From Octopus sinensis (lineage: Eukaryota): a stretch of DNA of 64,000 bases. Below, in pieces: positions 26,624-39,182 of this stretch. Where the stretch lies: assembly GCF_006345805.1 (NCBI RefSeq), contig NC_043000.1, positions 160,704,001-160,768,000 on the forward strand, read 5' to 3'. The notes beneath the pieces are model-generated. The model saw only the letters and a program-made list of their open reading frames with translations. It did not search any database and had not been told where the DNA came from. Every line of letters begins with the position of its first letter. The first letter of the stretch is position 1. The position numbers and the translations under genes are program-made.

Positions 26624-26928
26624 TATGTATATGTATATATATATATATACATACACATAGCGTCGTCTATTATCTACTGTTATTTCCAGTAAGTATTGGT
26701 GCCCCAAGGAAACACTAAACTAAGAGCATTAGATTCCTTGGAAGAAAGTGAATGTTTACGAAAGCAAGGACGGAAAAAATGGAGACTTTTACACAAATAC
26801 AAATAACAGGACATAAAAGGTGTCTTTCAACTAAACACGAATTAATTTAAGCTGGCGTGTGTGTTAATAAGGCCTTAGGGCATGGATACGAAATTTTAAT
26901 AATATATATACATATATATACATGTACA

Positions 26929-27340
26929 GGCGCAGGAGTGGAAGTAGCTGGTTTACCAACCACATTGTTCCGGGTTCAGTCCCACTGCGTGGCATCTTGG
27001 GCAAGTGTCTTCTACTATAGCCTCGGGCCGACCAAAGCGTTGTAAGTGGATTTGGTAGACGGAAACTGAAAGAAGCCCGTCGTATATATGTATATATATA
27101 TATATGCGTGTGTGTATTTGTGTATCTGTGTTTGTCCCCCTAGCATTGCTTGACGACCGATGCTGGTGTGTTTACGTCCCCGTTACTTAGCGGTTCGGCT
27201 AAAGACCGATAGAATAAGTACTGGGCTTACAAAAGAATAATTCCCGGGGCCGAGTTGCTCGACTAAAGGCGGTGCTCCAGCATGGCCGCAGTCAAATGAC
27301 TGAAACAAGTAAAAGAGTAAAAGAGTAAAAAGAGTAAGAG
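26929..27340 (+). mobile_element. SINE family A
   Basis: Full body with a small head deletion and AAAGAGT tail. Confidence 0.88.
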
Positions 27341-27780
27341 TATATGCCCCAAGGCACATTCCTAACACGCCAGCTGAGTTTAATTCCTCTAAGTCGAAAG
27401 ACGCCTGTTTGTGATGTCCTGTTATTGTTAATATTAATATTATTATTATTATTATTATTATTATCATTGTTGTTGTTGTTGTTTTAACGTATTATTTTTG
27501 TATTCATATTCGTGTAACATCGTCTGTTTTACCGTCCTTGTTTTGTATACATTCGAAGCTTTATTTCCTAGGAATCTAATGCGCTTAGCGTAGTTTTTCC
27601 TTGGGGCTGGCCAGATTGGAGCAATTTCAAGATTAATCAGCCGAAATTGCGAGGATGATCCGGTTCTTGACTTAAGATTGAAGGCTTCGAATATCCCGTC
27701 CGTGTTTTTTGTAACGTCTTCTAAATGTTTTTGCGTCCTTGTCCCATATTTTTTATATATGTACACACATATAAATATAT

Positions 27781-27828
<48 letters not shown>

Positions 27829-27836
27829 GATATTAT

Positions 27837-27884
<48 letters not shown>

Positions 27885-28699
27885 TTGCATATGTAAATAC
27901 ATACATACATATATACATACATACATATTAACTACTAACATACATATTAACAGATTTATATTTATCAAGCTTTCAGAAATGTTTCAATTTCTAAATTACA
28001 CAGGTTGACATTAGATAAATATAGTCAAATACAGTCAAATGTATGTGTGTGCGTGTCTCCATATGTATCTTCTGCCGTGAGAATTAGAACATTTCCATTT
28101 AATCTACAAATCTTGTTTCCTCTGTTTTTTCTCACCATATATGTTTCTTATTCTCATGTCTGTGTCTCAGTCTGTTATTTTGTTCGGGTGCGTGTGCGTT
28201 ACGCGTATATTCGTATGTACACGTATATATTGAGATGGATATACATACGTCCATATGTGCAAAGGAATATGTTCCTGCATACCGTGTGTGTGTATATATA
28301 TATATATATACACACATAAATACATACACATGCATAAATACATATTTTTATGCACCCACTCACACTCATTCATAAGCACACTTATGAATGTATGTTTGTG
28401 CGCATGCATATGTATAGATAGAGATGTGAAACAATAGATATATGCTCAGTTTATATAGAAAACAAAGGTAAATGAAATATTTCTCAGTCCACGAAACAGC
28501 TGGTTTATTGCAAGCTTGCACTCATGAGCGACGCGTACGCATTGTAAGAAATTGGCAGCCCTTCTGCTGCGAAAGAACTATAAAAGACACCGAATGTCTA
28601 CTACAGAGCAGTAAATATTCAGATACAGAGTTCTAAAAAGTGTAATATAAAGAAAATAAAGACGTTCTTAGTACTGCCAGATTACTTTAATTTACAACG

Positions 28700-29620
28700 A
28701 CATGAGTTTAATTTCAATGTGTCATTTGTATTTCTTTATATCGTAATCTGTAACTAACCAGCAATATACTAACGTGAGATATCATGCCTGATGATGCATG
28801 AAACACTACTACACACTTTCCATGATGCGCTATTATGAAATACAACTGAAGGTGAATTCTGTTCGAGTCCTTATTAGTAGGTGATTTCGTTTGATGCTTG
28901 TGAAGTTGATGTTGTTTTTTTATAGTAGTGATCACCAATCAATAGCAGCTGAACTTAAATATTCTTAGTACAAGATGAATGTTAAATGGCTAACCTTTTT
29001 CATCAAAAGCGGCCTATAAGCATTTCATGATGTCTTTCCAAAAGTGTGATTGTCAGCTGTCGATTTATTAGTGAAAAATCCCTTATATATACATCTTCTC
29101 AGCCTGCTTGTTTCAAGGTAAAATTTCCTCGTGTTACGTTTAACGATATCCTTGTGTCTCAATCGGTGAATACATTGCTTTCCCTTATGGTTATGGACAT
29201 ATGAATGATATTTTGTCTTGACTAACTCTTCTTTTATTCCGGTTTTTAAGCATGCACAAGCCTCAGAGGCTTCGCTGCACCAGCATTTCTCTCGTGCTAA
29301 TGAGCTTGAATGATGAGGGTACGTCTGAACTTGTCCATGGATATGATCATCAACATCAGCTTCAAACTTGTTTTTATGAATGCATGCGATTTTTCGTCCA
29401 TGCATTTGATTCGAAATTAGAATGGTTAATATTATTCTTCGCTACTGCGAAAATACTCACGGGATCAACACATCTATTTTGACGAAAGATTTTATATTGG
29501 GCAGTTGTATTGTATTGAAATGGGTTCTTTAAATAGATGTGTATTTATGTATTTCATAATATACTGCATGGCCCTTTCTCTTGTTGTTAGACCATTCTGA
29601 CTTACAACCGATTGGCCATA
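28700..29620 (-). pseudogene. Highly degenerate LINE apurinic endonuclease (APE)-like coding relic
   Basis: VITTIKKQHQLHKHQTKSPTNKDSNRIHLQL..GMISHVSILLV resembles the APE C-terminal pattern (NT.F..K..HK.TW.SP...NQIDYI..SDH.LV). Confidence 0.4.
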
Positions 29621-30325
29621 TGAGAACGATGCGAATCTATTGTATCTTTACGGCTAATATATCTGCTAAATTCGGGGAGTTTACACATTCTACATTTGTA
29701 ATCAGCTTTGCAAACCACATTGGATATTAATCCATTTGTTCTTGGGATTGAACGCTTGTAGCTTGTTACTGATTAGGATGTTAACTTTAGTCCCTTTGAA
29801 AAATATTGTTTGTGTCAGATTTGGCTGGTTGCAGTTGTTTCATATAATTTTGCGACGATGTGCTTATTTCTCCTATTGTAAGTGTACTGGTGGTGTGCAT
29901 TCGATTTATGTGTCGTTTGTGTATTTTTAATAGCTATAGTGTCCGAGCATTTTAATAGCTATAGTGTATAATGCGTATATTCTGTTATATGGATTCATCT
30001 ACCGGATTGTTTGTAAACCGGTTGTAGATAAGCATTTGTTCCGTTGATAGATTTCTTTGTGTAGAGCTTCGTTTCTAGAGTAGAATCTTGTTGTTTCACT
30101 AAGCAGTGATTGTGAAGTTATCTAATATTTTTCACTATTCCATACAAATGTTTGTAAACACTTTTAAAGTTCTATCACCTACTGCAAGTAAACTGTAATT
30201 CAGCTAGAGCACATACAGTCTCTTGCACATGCACACGTGGATGTGTGTCTAAATATTTCAGTTTGCAATCACGTGGTTTCGGGTTCAGTCCACTGAATGG
30301 GTAATAACAAGCAGACTGATAAATA

Positions 30326-30327
30326 GG

Positions 30328-30408
<81 letters not shown>

Positions 30409-30410
30409 GG
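30326..30410. repeat. (GATA)n microsatellite
   Basis: Direct inspection. Confidence 0.95.
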
Positions 30411-31044
30411 ATATTGATACCTGTGTTTGTGTTCAAATACCAATGAGAAGTAGTCCGAGGGATAGAAATAATATCGAACACACATACACAAATATGTGTT
30501 TTGCATGTTCGTGGGCAAGCTGCGATTTATAGGTGTAAGAGAGAACATATTTTATCATTTCGTCTAGAAGTTACATACGAGTGAGATAATTGCATCAGAT
30601 CTCGTTATCAATATTTCGTCCTTTTTGTGACTTTTGGGTACCCTGTATTGACAAGTCACAATAATGACGAAACATTGATGTCAGCTGCTCCTGTAACGAG
30701 AGCGAATGCGAGTTATCTCGCTCGTCTATGACTTCCAGGTGTTTTAACACCAGGCGAAATGATGGGAGATACGCCTAGAAATTGCAGCCTACCCACGAAT
30801 TGACAAAACACGTACCTTGTGTCTGCGTGTTCGATATTGTTCACATATATATATTAGATCGGTAGCCACTACACACATTTTTTTCTCTTCTTGTTTCCCT
30901 CCTTGTTTCTTTCTGTGTTCCTTTCTGTGGAATAGCGTAGGCTCGAAACGTTAAAGACTTTTTCAATTCCTGAGCGCTATACTAATATATCTGTTTGTTT
31001 TCTAAACCACCTGTCTTTGTCTTTTGTTTTTTTTCTTGAATTCT

Positions 31045-31084
<40 letters not shown>

Positions 31085-31199
31085 AAATAGGTCAAAATAG
31101 AAAATGCTAAAATAATTTTATAAAGAACATTTCAGTACCGGTTTCAGTCATATACATACAATTATTTTTTCTAACCAACAGAGTTTATACTTATAAACA

Positions 31200-31900
31200 G
31201 ATATATTGTAAGTACTCAGCGGTTATGCAAACATGGCTAAAAATGTCAAATAATCGGAGGTTGTTAAAATAAGATAGAATTTGCATCTCCGGTAATACGC
31301 CCAATGCAATAAATAAATCCGAAGTTTACTTGCGATAATTTCGAAAAATCCCAGAGTATATTAGACAGGCATTAATAAGAATGAAGAATAACACATCATT
31401 TATGCAGGACTGCAGCATGTTGTTTGTGAAATAAAAAATCTAACGATTAATAAGAATTTTCAAAACTAGAGAGAAATCGCTGAAATCAAGGCGAAGGAAA
31501 ACAGTGATAGAAAGCTCGAATAAAATGTTATATACGAAGAAAAGTCAGTTTGGTATTTAAGCTTAAAATGACCACAGTGAATAGCGAAGAAGTAAAGAGG
31601 TAAAAGCGCAAAACGTCAACCCCACTACAAGTTCGTTGCTGACAATTTAGACCAGCCAAAAATATATTTCAAAGAACACTAAAACTAGGAAATTGAAATA
31701 AGGCAATATTTTAAAATTAGATACAAAATAATACGATGGTTCGAGAAATTTAATTGCATATATCTCAAAAGAAGTAAATGAACATATTCCTAAACAATAA
31801 TAATGAGCACATATTCATTAATACAAAGTTTAACGTCTGGGGTTCAAGAGAAGAGGAAGGAAGGCTTCATGGACGAAAAATAACAATAATGGGCAAATGT
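31200..31900 (+). pseudogene. Possible very old LINE RT relic
   Basis: QALIRMKNNTS resembles the ..AL..MKNGKAPG pre-RT motif; purine-rich composition; many stops. Confidence 0.3.
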
Positions 31901-32483
31901 AAAACGTAATAGAATTAATTAATTTAATTTTGACGTAAGTATATATTTGTCAAATTCTAGAACTAATCTATCGATGAAATTCTCTCACAGGTATAGAAAA
32001 AACACCTACAAATATTTCACTAGTGAATTGCCTCCTGAATGCTAAGTATTCTTTTAATTAAATGTGGGTTCCTTTCAGACCCTATTTTCTTTTATTTTTC
32101 ATTACCGACCCTCGTTTCTTTTGAATTTTTGTTCTTGAATTCCAAAACTCGATCTTAGCCTTTTGTTAATGTTTTTGCACTCCTTTTATTTTTATATAGG
32201 AACATGTCAATTTTCTCCCTGCGAGATGTAGCCAGTTTTACTTTCTTGAATCATCATATCATTTTGAATCAAATTTTAAAATATTGTCTTATACAAATGT
32301 ATTGGGTTCAATGATGTCTTAAAATTAATTTTAGCTGACCTGAATTGCCAGATACCTACATGTAATAATGTAGTCTTTTGCCTCTTTATTTCTCCCCCCA
32401 CCCAACAAACGCGCGCACACACACATTTAGTCATTTATCTTTTATTCACTGTCCACTTAGATTATTCTAAGTTAAAAAAACCT

Positions 32484-32713
32484 ATTTCTTTACTACCCAC
32501 AAGGGGATAAACACAGAGAGGACAAACAAGGACAGACACTCGGATTAAGTCGATTATATCGACCCCAGTGCGTAACTGGTACTTATTTAATCGAACCCGA
32601 AAGGATGAACAGCAAGGTCGACCTCGGCGGAATTTGAACTCAGAACGTAGCGGCAGACGAAATACCGCTAAGCATTTCGCCCGGCATGCTAACGTTTCTG
32701 CCAGCTCGCCGCC
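32484..32713 (-). mobile_element. SINE family B, full length
   Basis: Colinear homology to other family-B copies. Confidence 0.9.
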
Positions 32714-32834
32714 TTTCTAAGTTTAAATACCATCTTACTCTTCTGTCGCTCTGCATTCTTTCTCCTCCATTTAAGTGTTTACCTCAATATTGCTGCTAAA
32801 TTATCAGTTTTCATTAGATTCACACCTTTGTAGG

Positions 32835-33885
32835 CTGCCATAGTAACGAAGGAAAAGCACACAAAGTAAAGCTGCTCGGCACAGAGAGACCTTGAACTCT
32901 GCTATGCATGCACACTAAGTTTTAAGGTTCTAGCCCACCTCCGCAGTGCTGCAAAGGAAGGTGTGTAGTGTGTGAACATCACATTGACCGTGACAGAGAA
33001 AGTTGAACAGAGTATCTTCAACAATCTTCATCAAATTTTGCCAAAAGCTTGGCGATACCTGCTCAGAGCCCACGCAAAGTTTTCAAAAAAGTCTTTTTGG
33101 TCAGTTGAAAAGAGTTTTGGCAAACATGCGTCGGCAAACTCCCGTTTCATACCCAAATCTTCTGTCATAATGGACTGAACTGAACCGTAACTAATCCGCA
33201 TATCCTCCCATAACTCACGGATGGTGATTCGACGACTTCCCCTCAAAGCTGCACTCACATCTGCAATATTTTTCTCAGTTATGTTCGTTGCGTGTCTCCC
33301 AGAACGTTTGTCAATATCGACATTTTTCGGTCGACTTGGAAACATTTGAAACACTCGTACACCTTTTTTCTTTATTACCCACAAGGAGCTAAACATAGAG
33401 GGGACAAACAAGGACAGACAAACGGATTAAGTCGATTACATCGACCCCAGTGCGTAACTGGTACTTTATTTATCGACCCCGAAAGGATGAAAGGGAAAGT
33501 CGACCTCGGCGGAATTTGAACTCAGAACGTAACGGCAGACGAAATACGGCCACGCATTTCGCCCGGCGTGCTAACGTTTCTGCCAGCTCGCCGCCTCACT
33601 AGTTTGCAGCTCATGCACTCCTTACTATATACTTTCTGCAACTTTGCGCCGACCTCTGAGCAGGTATCGCCATGACAACTTTCTCTGTTATGGTCAATAC
33701 AACGATCACATGCTACAGACCTTCATTCTAAGCAGTGCTGTAAACAGTGGAAATTATCTAGAACGCTAAGTCTTCGTGAGCATCCACAGCAGAGTTCAAG
33801 GTCAATATTTGCCAAGCGGCTTTATTCTACGTACTTTAGCTTTATTACTATGACAAAGGTCCGGATACTTATTGATCAGACCTCG
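32835..33885. mobile_element. Rearranged mariner element: two transposase 5' ends facing each other, interrupted by a SINE
   Basis: Minus-strand transposase N-terminus (ECMSCKLVYECFK..DKRSGR..RRITIREL..ISYGSVQSIMTEDLGMKR); plus-strand MTEKVEQ..IKFCQKLGDT at ~32990; TIR gtccggatacttattgatcagacctcg plus TA at 33859-33887; another TIR at 34060-34086. Confidence 0.8.
33366..33595 (-). mobile_element. SINE family B inserted in the mariner transposase
   Basis: Transposase sequence resumes on both sides (ctagtg | tacgagtgtttc). Confidence 0.9.
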
Positions 33886-34120
33886 TACATACGTATATAT
33901 TTTTGCGTGTGCGCGCGCTTGTGTGTGTGTGAGTGTGTGGTTACTAAAGGACCAAGTGACTAGGATATCACACACTGGGTTATCAAATATTTCACTAGTT
34001 TTTAAACATAAAATTTGCAAAAACGTTATGAAAAGAATAGCTTTGTTTCTATGGAAACAGTCCGGATACTTATTGATCAGCTCGCGTATATTGCACCAGT
34101 TAGTGTAACTAAAAATGCAT

Positions 34121-34505
34121 ACGTAGGAGTAGCTGTGTGGTACGTAGCTTGTTTACAAACCACAAGGTTCCGAGTTCAGTCTCACTGTGTGGTACCTTGA
34201 GCAAGTGTATTCTACTATTGCCTCGGTTCGACCAAAGCCTTCTGAGTGGATTTCGTAGACAGAAAATGAAAGATAGATAGATAGATAGATAGATTAAATG
34301 AAAGTGTGTATATGTTTGCCCCCCCCCCCCACACATCGCTTGACAATGTCACCGTAACTTAGCGGTTCGGCAAAATAGACCGATAAAATAAGTACTAAGC
34401 TTACAAAGAATAAGTCCTGGGGTCGATTTGCCCGACTAATAGCCGGTGCTTCAGCATGGCCACAGTCAAATAACTGAAACGAGTAAAAGAGCAAAGGGTA
34501 AAGAG
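34121..34505 (+). mobile_element. SINE family A (internal microsatellite is GATA)
   Basis: Head and tail homology. Confidence 0.85.
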
Positions 34506-34580
34506 AAAATAACAGAAATGCGTGTTGGCTTTTGGATGATCTAATCCTGTATTAAAGATACTATTCTTCATTCTTATTGT

Positions 34581-34625
<45 letters not shown>

Positions 34626-34637
34626 GCATATATACAT

Positions 34638-35431
34638 CTCTCTCTATATAAACGGCAGTCTGTCTGTCTGTGTGTCTGTCAGGTTGTACCCTCACCCTAA
34701 CCAGGGCTTTCAACCGATTCTGATGAAACTTGACACACACATAGCCCAATGTCATAATTCAAAACTAACGCAGCGGAAATTTTGAAAAGTTCCCCCAGTT
34801 CTGATAAATTGATAAATTCGACATGGGGTCGAGAATCTAAGCTTTTTATTTGCAACACATTTTCTGTTGTAGTTTTCGCAACTTGCAATCGATTTTCACC
34901 AAACTCATGGTGAAGCTTAATGTCACCCTAAGAAATTTAATCCTGGCGTTAGTTTTCCATGCAATACCTTACCATCAGAAAAAATCGATAAAATCATGCC
35001 ATTTTGGGAAATCGCATTCAAATTCAAGCTGACATATTTTCGACAATATCTTTCACAAATTGGCAGGAATTGTTTTTAAAATTCACAGCGAGCATCATGT
35101 CTGCTCCAATGAGCTATAAGGTCCTTTTTATTCCAATAAAATACTTTATTACTGGGAAAAATCGGTTAATTAAATTATATGTGACACACATAGCAAACCG
35201 ATTTGTGTATTAAACACAAACCACAGACTGTCTAGGTGACACAACTCGACCTTTTTATCACCCATAGGGACAGCTAGGAACATCGTATACACAGAAGTAT
35301 TCGAGTGAAGAGAAGACATTGCAACCTACACATGCGCCTTCGTTCCCTAGCGGGAAAGGACTAGATTGGGATTAGTCGTTGCCTATTAGGGGCTCCTACA
35401 TACTCGGGCAACGCCGGGCTATGCTGCTAGT
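34638..35431 (-). mobile_element. Non-autonomous Helitron/Helentron (Lep1/DINE-1-like) element
   Basis: 5' ACTAGC..CCCGGCGTTGCCCG; AAGTTTCATCAGAATCGG; (ACAG)n; 3' TTTATATATAGA, as in known HINE/Lep1-type elements. Confidence 0.75.
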
Positions 35432-35753
35432 ACATATATATATATAAATGTAGATTTGTGCGTGTCTCTATATATGTATGTGTATGCGTGTGTGTGGGTG
35501 CTTGTGCGCGCGGGTGTGGTGTGTCTGTTTGTGTGTGCGTATGTATTTAAATACCCTAAAATAAGGTCTATTCTTAGTGAAGCAATCAATGAATGCCAGA
35601 CTTTTTCTGTTCGACCGCCATTTTAAAATCCCGAAATCTAATGTGGATTAATTAATACTCAACATATGTGAATGTGTATTAAAATATTAGCTTAACACCA
35701 CCGTCGGCTCGCGTTCATAAACCAACGCACGGGCACACACACAGATGCACGCA

Positions 35754-35791
<38 letters not shown>

Positions 35792-36274
35792 GACACACAC
35801 AGACGCAGACACACACACACACACACGCAGACACACACACACACACACACACAGACGCATACACCCACGCACGCACGCACAAATTCATGTGTGTGTGTGT
35901 AAATTTATGTTTTTGACAGCAAGTTTCTATCGGAATATCTCTGTATTAGTGATCTATCAGATAAAAATAGGTTGTATTTTTATAGTAGTTAATATGTTAT
36001 AAAGCAGCTGTCAGTTCTGACTGTTAATTCCAGACAGACAAAATCAATAACAATAAGCGAAGAAATGTGTGGGTCATGGTGTAGCTGTAGTGGCCGTGTT
36101 CATGTGTAAATGTATACGTGTACTTGAGTATGTGTTCATTAGATTGAATACAGACTTGCATACATATATACTTGTGTAACATACATTCTTACAAAGGTAT
36201 TTGTGTGTCTGTGTCTGTGTCTGTGTGTATAAGTATATATATATATATATATATTATATAATATATATATATAT

Positions 36275-36308
<34 letters not shown>

Positions 36309-36315
36309 ATATATA

Positions 36316-36604
<289 letters not shown>

Positions 36605-36943
36605 ATATACCAAGATAATATTTATACATATAATTATATCGGAATCGGCATAGTGATAGTATTAGAGTCAATTGTTTAATCTTTCTAAATGTATATTGCT
36701 CTGCTCAGGAAGTCGTTAATGTGCAGCATTTTTTGATTGCATAATGAATGAAATATCATAGATAGAATACCGAACAGGAGTCAAAGAGCAGCTTCGCCAA
36801 AAATTCATGAACTACGCTCTGATCCTCTCTCTTACTCTCTTCCTCCCTCTCCCTCTTTCTTTCCGTTCCTCTCTCTCTCTCTCTCTCTCTCTCACTCTTC
36901 ACATACACACACATGCATACACACATATATAAATAAGATATAA

Positions 36944-37172
36944 GGCGGCGACATGGCAGAACCGTTAGCGCGCCGGGTGAAGTGCGTAGTCGTATTTCGT
37001 CTGCCGTTACGTTCTGAGTTCAAATTCCGCCGAGGTCGACTTTACCTTTCATCCTTTCGGGGTCTATAAATTAAATACCAGTTACGCACTGGGGTCGATG
37101 TAATCGACTTAATTCGTTTGTCTGTCCTTGATTGTCCCCTCTGTGTTTAACCCCCTTGTGGGTAGTAAAGAA
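36944..37172 (+). mobile_element. SINE family B with 20-bp target-site duplication
   Basis: acatatataaataagatata at 36923-36942 and 37173-37192. Confidence 0.92.
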
Positions 37173-37192
37173 ACATATATAAATAAGATATA

Positions 37193-37417
37193 CAGTAATC
37201 ACTCGACTATCGCGGGTGTTACGTTCTAAAACCCACAGTGATAAGTGAAAATCCGTGAAGTAGAAACAGTACTGTATATATTCTTTAAATTATTTTTTAT
37301 AATTTCTATATATTTATATTTATTATATTATAAAAGCAAAACAATACCACGGAGAAATCGACGTAAGCTTAAATAATAAATGGCGATAGGTGAACTGCGA
37401 AATGGCCAGGGATTACT
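37193..37417. mobile_element. pogo/Tigger-like MITE
   Basis: Left end (ta)cagtaatcactcgactatcgcgg; right end cgaaatggccagggattact. Confidence 0.6.
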
Positions 37418-37436
37418 ATCTATCTATCTATCTATC

Positions 37437-37472
<36 letters not shown>

Positions 37473-39005
37473 AGACCTTTCGACATTGCACGTTCGGTCC
37501 GTCAGGGATGCCCCCTCTCGGCGCTTCTATACGTATTGACTCTTGAGCCACTACTGCGGAAGCTGGCGACTCTAAGGGGCATCCCGCGAGAATTGGGATG
37601 CGGGACGAGCGTGTCTGCATACGCGGATGACGTCACCGTCATAGTGTCTAGCCACGAGCACATCGAGCTGGTCGGCGAGACACTGAAAAACTACGAAGCG
37701 GTGACAGGAGCGAAAATCAACCGGGAAAAGTCAGTGGGCTTGCGACTAGGCACCTGGAGAAACAAGCCCATGCCGTCCACCAGCGCCTCCGTCGTGGGAC
37801 GCTGGACCGACGGCCCGGTTGAGTTGCTCGGGGTCTGGTTTGGTCCGGACCTCCAAGTGGAGAAGAACTGGAACGAGATAACGAGTAGGGTGGTCACTCT
37901 CGCCCGGCAATGGGCCGAGAGGAAACTGTCCCTAAAAGGTCGAGCGGAGGTGGCGAACACGTACATCGCGTCTGTCATCTACTACCGCCTGACCGTCGTA
38001 CCTTGTCCCGACCCTACCATCACCAAACTACAACGCATCCTCTTTCGCTTCTTGTGGAAAGGATGCGTCCCGATGGTCAGGTGATCCATTTGCTGTCAAC
38101 ACCCGTTAAAAGGAGGGCTGGGCATGCCGTGGTTGATGATGCGCAGACACGCGCTGAGACTGCGACATCTCTGGCTCTATGTAGACGACGGTGAACAGGT
38201 GTGGTCGCCGTTTGTGAGGCACGCTTTCCCGCAGCTCGTCTCCATGACCGAACTGCAGTCGTGGATCAAAAAGAGGCCGAGGAAGGGCGTATGGCACCGC
38301 GAGTGTCGCGTTGCTCTCAAGCAACTCTGCCGTCCTGGGTCGACCTTAAGTGACTTCAACACAACCAAAGCATTCTATAGGGGTTTAGTGGAGGGGAGGT
38401 ACGACGACGAGCTCGGGGCGAACCTGGACGTCGACGAGGAGTACCTGACCCGCCTGTTCAGGACGACTTTCGGGCCAGGGCCCATGGACAACTTCCAGAG
38501 ATCCCTAGCCTGGCAGTGCTACCGAGAAGCGCTACCCGTTCGGGATAAGCTCTACAGACACGGCTCGAGAAACACGGAGCCGACCTGCCCGAGATGCGGT
38601 CAGAGCGACGAAACCGTTCTGCACGCACTCGTTCAGTGTCCAACAATTTCCGACCTGTGGGCTTATGTCGAACAACTGCTGTCACGTGTGGGACGAGTCG
38701 GTTTATCAGCTGAGTCTATCGTCAATATTGTCACGCCTCCTTCCTTCAAACGGGAAGGAAGAGCTATTTTCATCATCCTTGTGGCTATGGCGAAAGAATG
38801 TATCTGGTGGACGCGTCTGAAAGGATTGGAGACAAACACTTTCCTCTCTGGTCAATCTCTCATCAACTTCTTCAAGTACCACTTGAAAAGGAAAGTGAGA
38901 GTAGAGAGGCAAGTTTTGTCTAGCGAATGTTTTAAAAAAAAGATGGGTGAATGTAGCAAGAATGGCACGTATGAATGACGAAGCCACCTTGAGCATAGTC
39001 CTATG
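37473..39005 (+). pseudogene. LINE ORF2 3' part (RT plus zf-RVT), one in-frame TGA (38082-38084) and a terminal poly-A frameshift
   Basis: ORFs 37380-38084 and 38124-38978 are in the same frame; removing one A near 38935-38941 restores FKKRWVNVARM. Confidence 0.9.
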
Positions 39006-39182
39006 AACCCAGAAATCGAAAACAGAGAGTTGCTTATTTGCTTTCTCTCCTTTTACGATCCCTTTTGATCGAAACTCCCCCTTCCTTTTTTTTTTTTTTT
39101 TTTTTTAAACCTTCAAAAGAAAAGCTCTACCTTGTAATTTGTTCTATCTGTGTGCAGCCCTGTGTGGCTAATAAAGAAACAT
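37473..39182 (+). mobile_element. 5'-truncated L1/Tx1-clade LINE inserted in (TATC)n
   Basis: RT motifs SVRQGCPLSALLY, YADD and KINREKS; zinc knuckle CPRCGQSDETVLHALVQC; AATAAA before the 3' end; TATC repeats on both sides. Confidence 0.93.

Noticed and set aside
28788-28815. CTGATGA-tgcat-GAAA hammerhead-like string
   Set aside because: Stem II is too short, there is no stem I or UH triplet, and it lies antisense within the APE-like relic
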